The translations under genes were made by a program, and so were the position numbers. A stretch of 32,000 nt of DNA from the NCBI RefSeq assembly GCF_900626285.1, contig NZ_LR131147.1, forward strand, positions 1,187,953-1,219,952, given 5' to 3'. The DNA is from Intestinimonas massiliensis (ex Afouda et al. 2020). GTDB lineage: Bacteria > Bacillota > Clostridia > Oscillospirales > Oscillospiraceae. The notes beneath the pieces were generated by a model, which saw only the letters and a list, made by a program, of their open reading frames with translations, did no database searches and was not told the origin of the DNA. Below, in pieces: positions 17,331 through 23,805 of this stretch (position 1 is the first letter of the stretch; every line of letters starts with the position of its first letter).

Positions 17331-18743
17331 TTATTCCGGCTTTGCCTGCCCGTCGGCACCACCGGTCTGATTTTGTTCGGTCGGCCTGAAAGGGTCATCT
17401 GGATCGTCGGCATAGATCCCCTCCCAGAAGCTGTCTGCAAAGCTGACCTGCTTGTACTGCCTGGGCCGTTTAAAGGGAGTCACCTTGGGCGCCGCCTGAT
17501 CCACCACGGACTGGCGGAACCGCTGATAGGCCCCGTCAAAGGCGAGGTACATCCGCCCCCGCTCTCCGTCCTTGTTCTTGGCCAGCTTGAGCACCCGGCG
17601 GCTCTCGTTGGGCTTGGACGGGTCCTCCAGGTAGAGCAGCAGGATGGCGTCGGCGTCCTGCTCGATCTGCCCGGATTCCCGCAGGTCGCTCATGGTGGGC
17701 TCGATATACTTGCTCTCGTCCCTGGTCTTTTCCGACCGTGTCAGCTGGGACAGGGCCACCACCAGCACACCGTTTCCGTGGGCCATCTGCTGAAACGTCC
17801 GGCTGATGGCGGACACCTGCTCGGTGCGGTTGGCCTTCCTGGTCTCCGGCTCCACGATCTGGAGATAGTCCACATAGACGATCTGGTACCGGTTGGCCAG
17901 GGCATCTGCACGGATGTCACTGGCAGTCATGCCGGAGGCGTCGACCAGCTCCAGCTGGTGCTTGATAATCTTGGGAGCCGCGTCGGCCGCCTGGGCCCAC
18001 TCCTCCTCCGTGAGGGAACCCCGCTTGATGGCAGCCATCTCAATCCCCGCCATGTTGGAGATCAGCCGGTCGGCCAGCTTATAACGGCTGGTCTCCAGAG
18101 AGTAAAATCCCACCCGCTTGGCCTCGCTCTGATGGTAGGCGAAGGACACCGCCAGGGCGGTCTTACCGGCAGAGGGGTAGCCCCCCAGCACCACCATGTC
18201 CCCCAGGTCCGCAAAGAGCTGCTCGTCCAGCTTGGACAGGCCCCAGGTCATGTACCGGTGGGGCGTGGTGTGCCGCTGCCAGAAGGACTGGAGCATCTGC
18301 TCCATGTTCATCCTCCGCACGTCCTGCCGCTCCACGGTGAGGGCCTGTAGCTTGTCCAGCCCCCGGCGAAGCTCCTCCATATCCCGGGCCTCGGCCAATT
18401 CCTGGGCAATCCCCCGGCCCTGAACCACCCGGGCCTGCTCCTGCATCCGGGGCACATACTCCCAGATGTTCGCGGCGGTGGGGGTGTCCTCCATGATCTG
18501 GATCAGCAGCTTACTCCAGTCCTCTCCCCCGCCCAGCCGGTCCCGGACGGTCACCGGGTCCACCGGCCTGCCGCTGACGAACTGGGCCCGGATGGCCAGG
18601 AAAATCTGCCGGTAGGTATCATCCAGGAAGTCCCGCTCCGACACCTTGCTGAGCACCGGTCCGATCAGCTTGTCCTCAATGAGCAGCGCACCCAGCACGG
18701 CCTCCTGGTTGGAGAGGCGGTCGTTGGCCTCCAGGCTCACCAT
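17331..18743 (-). CDS. dnaB: Replicative DNA helicase (DnaB family)
   Basis: 470 aa. N-terminal DnaB-type domain (EAVLGALLIEDKLI), Walker A GGYPSAGKTALA, and LVVALSQLTR. Confidence 0.92.
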   Translation of the reverse strand: MVSLEANDRLSNQEAVLGALLIEDKLIGPVLSKVSERDFLDDTYRQIFLAIRAQFVSGRPVDPVTVRDRLGGGEDWSKLLIQIMEDTPTAANIWEYVPRMQEQARVVQGRGIAQELAEARDMEELRRGLDKLQALTVERQDVRRMNMEQMLQSFWQRHTTPHRYMTWGLSKLDEQLFADLGDMVVLGGYPSAGKTALAVSFAYHQSEAKRVGFYSLETSRYKLADRLISNMAGIEMAAIKRGSLTEEEWAQAADAAPKIIKHQLELVDASGMTASDIRADALANRYQIVYVDYLQIVEPETRKANRTEQVSAISRTFQQMAHGNGVLVVALSQLTRSEKTRDESKYIEPTMSDLRESGQIEQDADAILLLYLEDPSKPNESRRVLKLAKNKDGERGRMYLAFDGAYQRFRQSVVDQAAPKVTPFKRPRQYKQVSFADSFWEGIYADDPDDPFRPTEQNQTGGADGQAKPE

Positions 18744-19585
18744 GTGGGCACCTCCTCACGCTGCACCACCTGTACAGCCGGAGAGCCAGACGCCGGCAGC
18801 TGGGACGGCACGTCCTCCCACCGGCGCTTGCGCAGCCACCGGCAGGCGTAGGGGATGCCGATGCCTCTTTGCCACTCCTCGCTGGCCATCTGCCGGACCA
18901 GCGCCCGGGCCATTCGGTCAATGAGGGCATCATCCGGCCGGAGCTTGTCCCACTCCGCCACTGCTCCCATCCTGTCCTCCCCTCTCGGGTAGTAGTTCCA
19001 GAATGCCTCGAACCGTTCCGGCTTCCAGGTCGGCTCCGACTTTGGACTCCGCTGTCGCTTTTTTCGCACGGGCTTGTCCCCTTGGGGGACTATAGGGGGT
19101 ATATTATCTAACTGGTCAGTAACTGTTTCCTTATTACATTTCCCCGTCTGGTGAAATGGTTGTCCCGATTCGGTGAAATGCATTTCACCAGATGGTGAAA
19201 TGGGCGCTTCCGGTGCTTCCAGCTCCGGCGGCTCCATATCACCTTCCGGTGAAATGGGAACTGAGAGGAGTCCATACACCTCCAGCACACTGTCCGTCAG
19301 GGCGTACCACACGGTCCGGTCCGTCTTGTCCTGGCTGAAGTTACCGGTGAGCAGTACTCCCTCCTCCCTCAGCTTGGCCACGATTCGCTCCACCTGCCGG
19401 CGGGTCCAGAACGGGAACAGCTTGGCCAAAGCCTCCAGAGTGTTGTATGTCCAAGTACGTCCCTCGTGAAAGTGCCGCCCGTTGGCCTGGTTCTTGGCAA
19501 TCCAGAAGGCCATGGCGTGGAGGAAGATGGCTCCATTCACTCCATGGTGTTGAGCCAGCTCGGCATTGAAATGATATTCCGTCAT
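18737..19585 (-). CDS. Replication initiator / replisome organizer (wHTH N-terminus)
   Basis: 282 aa located upstream of and overlapping dnaB. It has an N-terminal winged-helix-like region and a conserved-looking C-terminus (FWNYYPRGEDR...RWLRKRRWED). It contains an internal iteron array. Confidence 0.7.
   Translation of the reverse strand: MTEYHFNAELAQHHGVNGAIFLHAMAFWIAKNQANGRHFHEGRTWTYNTLEALAKLFPFWTRRQVERIVAKLREEGVLLTGNFSQDKTDRTVWYALTDSVLEVYGLLSVPISPEGDMEPPELEAPEAPISPSGEMHFTESGQPFHQTGKCNKETVTDQLDNIPPIVPQGDKPVRKKRQRSPKSEPTWKPERFEAFWNYYPRGEDRMGAVAEWDKLRPDDALIDRMARALVRQMASEEWQRGIGIPYACRWLRKRRWEDVPSQLPASGSPAVQVVQREEVPTW
19150..19256. repeat. Iteron array (candidate phage replication origin) inside the organizer gene
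   Basis: GGTGAAATG occurs as direct copies at 19150, 19172, 19194 and 19248. The first three are spaced 22 bp apart. One inverted copy at 19181-19189 forms an 18-nt perfect palindrome (19172-19189). An AT-richer stretch lies next to it at about 19091-19145. Confidence 0.6.
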
Positions 19586-19836
19586 GGCTCACCGTCCTCT
19601 CGCAGCCTGACCCACCGCAAGATATAATGCTTGCATAGCCCTGCCATGGTCACGGTGGAGCCGCAGCCTCTCAAGTATGTATGTCCCTGGAAGCTTTCCA
19701 TACGCCCAACATAATACCGCTCGCTGCGGGCCTGCGTCTTGGGGATCATGTGCAGGACGATCAACTCGCCGTCAAATGGCCCCAGCTGGGCCCTCCGCCG
19801 CAGATCCAGCGGCTGCCACTGATTGGTGCTCCACAT
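19582..19836 (-). CDS. Hypothetical early protein
   Basis: 84-aa ORF that overlaps the organizer start by 4 nt. No family recognised. Confidence 0.5.
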   Translation of the reverse strand: MWSTNQWQPLDLRRRAQLGPFDGELIVLHMIPKTQARSERYYVGRMESFQGHTYLRGCGSTVTMAGLCKHYILRWVRLREDGEP

Positions 19837-19950
19837 TTTGATCCCTCCCCTTGCAAATTCAGGCCTTTTGTGTTATCATAATTATGGTTTTCATGCACGA
19901 AACCATTGTTTGGTCCTGCTGTCTGTGCCCGCAGACAGCGGGGCCTCTTT

Positions 19951-20223
19951 TTATGCCTTCGCACCGGGCCCACCCTCCTTCTTGTCGGGAGAAAGCCCGG
20001 CCATGTCCAGCATCCGCCAGACGGCCAGCAGAGGCAGCTGGCATGGTTCCCCGTTGATGACCTTGCTCAGGGTCCTTGGGTTGATCCCCAGAGCCTTGGC
20101 CTGCTGGGCAAAGGTGATCCGATGGACGGCCTTATAGATCAGCAAGCCATCTGACAGGGCTTTGTGCCTGTCCGCGATCTTGGCCGCCTCGCGCTGGGCG
20201 GCGGTCAGGGCAACTCTCGGCAT
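19951..20223 (-). CDS. HTH DNA-binding protein
   Basis: ATG at 20223 follows a GGAAGGAGGAA SD. The HTH segment is ITFAQQAKALGINPRTLSKVING. Confidence 0.6.
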   Translation of the reverse strand: MPRVALTAAQREAAKIADRHKALSDGLLIYKAVHRITFAQQAKALGINPRTLSKVINGEPCQLPLLAVWRMLDMAGLSPDKKEGGPGAKA

Positions 20224-20678
20224 ATTGTTCCTCCTTCCTGTCGGGCGCACCGCAGCTCCATAATGCTTTCCATGAGGCCCTGCAACTTCTCCTGAATGGA
20301 ATCAAACTCCGACCTTTCGGTAGGATCAACAATGTTATCCTCTGCGATCCTAAGTAATCGCCGGAGGCTGTTGGCAGCCATAAAGGCATCAAAGCGATTG
20401 TCCAGTTTCACGCTGGCCTCCAGAACGGACTTGGGCTGGATCTCCGGCACCACACGGTTATACAGGTTATTTGTGGAATGGACATGCCGGACGATCAGGC
20501 TCAGATCGTTGTACAGAATGGACATCAGCTCCACCACATCATTGGATGGAATCCGCTGGCCGGTCTCATATGCCCTCAGGCTCTCCACGCTGATGCCCAG
20601 CCGCTCCGCTGCCGCTTCCTGCGTCAGTCCGGCAGCCTTACGATAGGTTTTGTAAGTATTCCGGTTCTCCTCCGGCAT
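20205..20678 (-). CDS. XRE-family HTH transcriptional regulator
   Basis: The N-terminus AAGLTQEAAAERLGISVESLRAYETGQRIPS is a classic XRE HTH. Confidence 0.8.
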   Translation of the reverse strand: MPEENRNTYKTYRKAAGLTQEAAAERLGISVESLRAYETGQRIPSNDVVELMSILYNDLSLIVRHVHSTNNLYNRVVPEIQPKSVLEASVKLDNRFDAFMAANSLRRLLRIAEDNIVDPTERSEFDSIQEKLQGLMESIMELRCARQEGGTICRELP

Positions 20679-20832
20679 GGTTATTCCCTCCTCATTGGGG
20701 TAAAATGGTTATAAGATCAGCTGGCCTCCCGCTCTTCCGGCCTGGCCCGGCCATAGAGGGCGTCAAATGGCTGTATCTTGCTCCCCTCCACCGCCAGTGG
20801 TAAAATGTGGGCGGTAGGGAGGAGGTGAAATT

Positions 20833-21030
20833 ATGCGTCAGTTGAGCACCAACGAATTGGATCAAATCGAGAGAGCCGTATTGGAACAGCTTAATGCTAG
20901 CGACGAAGGCCAGGGGGCGGAAGCGATGGCTAACGCCGTCACAAAACTGTCTGCCAGGGTATGCCGGCTCATGCTCCAGGAATACCAGCGTGCAGCTTCT
21001 GATCCAGAGCATCAGCAATCTGATTCATAA
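20833..21030 (+). CDS. Small hypothetical protein (65 aa)
   Basis: ATG at 20833 follows a GGGAGGAGGTGA SD. It overlaps a minus-strand small ORF convergently. Confidence 0.45.
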   Translation: MRQLSTNELDQIERAVLEQLNASDEGQGAEAMANAVTKLSARVCRLMLQEYQRAASDPEHQQSDS

Positions 21031-21118
21031 CCTGATTATTCAGGTCCGCCTGCGGCGTTTGTAGCTCCATTACAAACGCCGCAATTTCATCTGGGGTCCC
21101 AATAATCCGCATTTCCAT
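20969..21118 (-). CDS. Small hypothetical protein (49 aa, below the ORF-track cutoff)
   Basis: ATG at 21118 lies 6 nt after an AAGGTGA SD and 19 nt downstream of the cro-like stop. Translation is MEMRIIGTPDEIAAFVMELQTPQADLNNQVMNQIADALDQKLHAGIPGA. Confidence 0.4.
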   Translation of the reverse strand: MEMRIIGTPDEIAAFVMELQTPQADLNNQVMNQIADALDQKLHAGIPGA

Positions 21119-21136
21119 CCCCGCTCACCTTCTTTC

Positions 21137-21352
21137 TCAGCTCGCCGCATAGTTTCCATCCTTGGATATTTCCCGGCCATAGAGGGCGTCGATAGTGCAG
21201 TGAAGCAGATCAGCCAATGCCGGGAGTTTGTCCGCATTGGGCTTTGCCATACCCAGCTCCCACTTCCGCACAGCAACAACCGAAACGCCCAGACGATCCG
21301 CTAACTGTACCCTGGTCAACCCCATGGCCTCTCTAAGTTCCTTGATCCTCAT
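21137..21352 (-). CDS. Cro-like XRE HTH regulator
   Basis: 71 aa. MRIKELREAMGLTRVQLADRLGVSVVAVRKWELG is an XRE HTH. It is divergent from the CI-like repressor and has an AAAGGAGGTGA SD. Confidence 0.85.
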   Translation of the reverse strand: MRIKELREAMGLTRVQLADRLGVSVVAVRKWELGMAKPNADKLPALADLLHCTIDALYGREISKDGNYAAS

Positions 21353-21399
21353 ACAGCCTCACCTCCTTTGGGGCTTGTTCATATTTCTTCCATGTGATA

Positions 21400-21820
21400 G
21401 AATAAAACCACAGGTTTCCGGCGATAGGCTACGCCGAGCCGAGCCCTTTAGAGGGAAGGCGTAACGACTGGACACGGAGCATCCCACCGGGATGAAGGCA
21501 CAGTCTGAACTCATAGGTAACTATGAGAGGCGGGCAGAAATGACCCGTCCCTGCTTGTAGCAGAGTAACAATTTGGATGTCCATCGGTATTTCTGGCATG
21601 TCTAAGGCCCTTTGTGACTACGAAGGCATTGGCTCTGCCCTGCGCGAAGCTAATAGCCTCATGGAAGGTATTTCCGAGGCTACTTCTGGTTTCACCCGTT
21701 CCCTCAACTTTATGCCTACTGACGACGAGGTGAATTATCGCCCTGCTGCCTGGCAACAGGCGGTTTGCACTCCGTAAATTCGGCGGACACCTACCCGACC
21801 GGCAACCTGTGGTTTCATTC
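21400..21820 (-). ncRNA. Candidate ~420-nt structured 5' leader or ncRNA closed by a 22-bp long-range stem. Alternative explanations are a MITE or an invertible segment.
   Basis: 21400-21421 pairs with 21799-21820. There are 20 Watson-Crick pairs. One A/C pair on the plus strand becomes a G-U pair on the minus strand, and there is one mismatch. The interior is rich in local hairpins. No internal ORF has an SD. The predicted start of the leftward promoter coincides with 21820. Confidence 0.4.
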
Positions 21821-21827
21821 TGGCATA

Positions 21828-21856
21828 ATCATAATCCGTAAATTTATGTTTGTCAA
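21828..21856 (-). promoter_or_regulatory. Leftward early (cro) promoter
   Basis: On the minus strand: TTGACA (21856-21851), a 17-nt spacer, then TATGAT (21833-21828). The spacer contains one copy of the TAAATTTATGTTT repeat, a candidate operator. Confidence 0.55.
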
Positions 21857-21912
21857 TTCAATATCCTTAAATTTATGTTTTTTGTCATTCTGTCAAATTC
21901 TTTATATAAGGG
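21835..21912 (+). promoter_or_regulatory. Candidate operator repeats and rightward repressor promoter
   Basis: The 13-mer TAAATTTATGTTT occurs at 21839-21851 and 21868-21880. TCCGTAAATT occurs at 21771-21780 and 21835-21844. A weak sigma70-like signal is TTGTCA (21882-21887), 17 nt, TATAAG (21905-21910). Confidence 0.35.
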
Positions 21913-21923
21913 TGTGTTTTCCC

Positions 21924-22544
21924 TTGGACATTGATATTTTTGTGCAAAATGTAAAGGCCATCTGCAAAGCCAAGGGTACAAACCCAACTGCTGCCTGCGA
22001 AGCAAGCGGCGCTGGCCGTAATTTTATGGACAACATAAAAAAGGGGAGCATCCCCTCTGTGGCCAAGGTACAGATGCTAGCTGACTACCTTGGGGTGACC
22101 ACCAGCGAGCTGCTGGGCGAGGCTTCTGGTAGTTCTTCTGCCGGCATCCGTATTCCCGTACTTGGCACCATCCCGGCCGGCATCCCACTGGAGGCCATTG
22201 AGGACATTCTGGACTGGGAGGAGATCCCGGCGGCCTGGGGCTCCGGCGACCGGCAGTATTTTGGTCTTCGGGTCAAAGGGGACAGCATGTACCCCCGCTA
22301 TCTGGAGGGAGACACTGTCATCCTCCGCAAAGAAACGACCTGCGAGAGCGGCGACGACTGCGCCGTCTTAGTCAACGGCGAAGAGGCCACCCTCAAGCAG
22401 GTCATGATAAAAGGGGACGGCAGCCTGGAGCTGCGCCCCACCAATCCGGTTTATCCTCCGCGCATCTACTCCCCCGGCGAGATCGAATCCCTTCCCGTCC
22501 AGATCATCGGCGTGGTGGTAGAACTGCGGCGGAAGATAAAATAA
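21924..22544 (+). CDS. CI-type repressor with an S24 (LexA-like) autopeptidase domain
   Basis: TTG at 21924 follows AAGGGTG, with GTG at 21942 as the alternative start. N-terminal HTH (NFMDNIKKGSIPSVAKVQMLADYLGVTTSELLG). The C-terminus has GDSMYPRYLEGDTVILRK and a downstream Lys (ATLKQV), forming a Ser/Lys dyad. Confidence 0.88.
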   Translation: MDIDIFVQNVKAICKAKGTNPTAACEASGAGRNFMDNIKKGSIPSVAKVQMLADYLGVTTSELLGEASGSSSAGIRIPVLGTIPAGIPLEAIEDILDWEEIPAAWGSGDRQYFGLRVKGDSMYPRYLEGDTVILRKETTCESGDDCAVLVNGEEATLKQVMIKGDGSLELRPTNPVYPPRIYSPGEIESLPVQIIGVVVELRRKIK

Positions 22545-22592
22545 AAAAGTGTCCAAGTTGGACACAAAAAGAGAGAGGATGGAGGATTTAGC

Positions 22593-23684
22593 ATGGATTT
22601 TATTGACCAACTAAAGCAGTTTTCAAAGCGTGTGGAGAGTATGAAAGATTCAATTTCCACAGAAGAAGCCACAAAAACGGCCATTATCATGCCCTTTTTC
22701 TCCATGCTCGGGTATGATGTTTTCAATCCTCAGGAATTTGTCCCGGAGTTTACTGCAGATGTGGGAATTAAGAAAGGTGAGAAAGTTGACTATGCCATCA
22801 TCAAAGATGGCGATCCGGTAATCCTCATAGAGTGCAAGTCGATATCTGAAAACCTGGATAGGCACGACTCTCAGTTGTTCCGTTATTTTGGAACAACTAC
22901 CGCAAAGTTCGCTATCCTTACAAATGGCATTGTATATCGTTTCTATACGGATCTGGATAACCCAAACAAAATGGATGATGACCCCTTCCTGACTATCAAT
23001 ATTCTTGATATCCGGGAAAATCAGGTTCCTGAACTCAAAAAATTCTGTAAGTCTGTTTTTGATATTGACTCCATTTTTAGCACCGCATCTGAGCTAAAAT
23101 ATGTTCACGAATTCAAGTCAGTTTTCACCGAGCAGCTCAATAACCCCTCTGACGATCTTCTCCGCTTTTTCCTCCAGGATTGCTACTCCGCCCCGAAAAC
23201 GCAAAGTGTTTTGGAAAAATTCCGTCCCATTTTAAAAAAAGCACTCAACGATCTTATCAGTGAAATGATGAATGATAAGATCAAAACTGCCTTGGGAGGC
23301 AGCGGGGGCAACGTCTCTATCAGTGACAGCAAAACAGCTGAAGAACCTGCTACCACTGTTACAGAGCAGCCGGAAGATGAGAAAAAGGCCCCCAACATTG
23401 TCACAACCGAAGAAGAGTTGGAGGCCTTTTTCATTATCAAGAATCTTTTGTCTGATATTGTAGATATCCATGACATTACCTATAAGGATACCGAATCGTA
23501 TATCAACATCCTGTATAAAGCGAACACCAGGAAGTGGATCTGTCGGCTTCGCCTAACCGAGAATCTCAAAACACTAATTATCCCAGATGAGAACAAAAAA
23601 GACATCAAGTACCCTCTCGCAGATATCTATGACCTCAAAGGCTATCACGACCAGCTTGCAGAAGTTCTCCAGCGATACATATAA
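22593..23684 (+). CDS. Stand-alone PD-(D/E)xK nuclease-like protein (HsdR N-terminal-domain type) with an unassigned C-terminal domain
   Basis: GGAGGA SD. The N-terminal ~100 aa are EEATKTAIIMPFFSMLGYDV...EKVDYAII...PVILIECKS...QLFRYF, which gives D66...E80-x-K82. The region is visibly AT-richer than its flanks. Confidence 0.75.
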   Translation: MDFIDQLKQFSKRVESMKDSISTEEATKTAIIMPFFSMLGYDVFNPQEFVPEFTADVGIKKGEKVDYAIIKDGDPVILIECKSISENLDRHDSQLFRYFGTTTAKFAILTNGIVYRFYTDLDNPNKMDDDPFLTINILDIRENQVPELKKFCKSVFDIDSIFSTASELKYVHEFKSVFTEQLNNPSDDLLRFFLQDCYSAPKTQSVLEKFRPILKKALNDLISEMMNDKIKTALGGSGGNVSISDSKTAEEPATTVTEQPEDEKKAPNIVTTEEELEAFFIIKNLLSDIVDIHDITYKDTESYINILYKANTRKWICRLRLTENLKTLIIPDENKKDIKYPLADIYDLKGYHDQLAEVLQRYI

Positions 23685-23805
23685 TTGCATTTGACAAGTG
23701 GTGGCCTGTGAAAGATCACCCCCGGACATGGTCTGAAACATAAAAAGAGCCGGGGCTTTCGCCCCGGCCATGCTAAAAACACCTCCACCCAGGTATTTAG
23801 GATAA

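Noticed and set aside
14264-18350. Plus-strand ORFs 14264-15196, 15166-15921, 16693-17370 and 17295-18350, opposite the PcfJ-like, DUF3102, ParA and DnaB genes
   Set aside because: The same reasoning applies. They are shadow frames of well-supported minus-strand genes, with no ribosome-binding sites and low-complexity composition.
19855-19960. Hairpins and palindromes in the 19837-19950 gap as a discrete feature: the cataattatg palindrome, atggttt/aaaccat, and ctgtctg/cagacag followed by a T tract on the plus strand
   Set aside because: They are real in the sequence, but I could not link them to a promoter or gene on the plus strand. They were left as unexplained intergenic structure, possibly an operator or an antisense terminator, rather than called as a feature.
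21511-21777. ORFs 21577-21777 (+) and 21511-21756 (-) inside the inverted-repeat-bounded element
   Set aside because: Neither start has an SD, the two ORFs overlap each other, and the region is dominated by stem-loops. It was treated as non-coding.
21400-21820. The possibility that the structured element is RNase P RNA, tmRNA, SRP RNA, a T-box, a cobalamin riboswitch or group II intron domain V
   Set aside because: On either strand I could not find the hallmark sequences: a P4-type GAGGAAAGUCC, a tRNA-like 3' end with a tag ORF, the T-box AAnnnGGGUGGUACCGCG, the B12 box, or the D5 consensus. A covariance-model search is still needed.
23690-23725. TTGACA at 23690-23695 as a promoter for the MazF-like gene
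   Set aside because: No acceptable -10 hexamer lies 16-18 nt downstream. The sequence there is gatcac.
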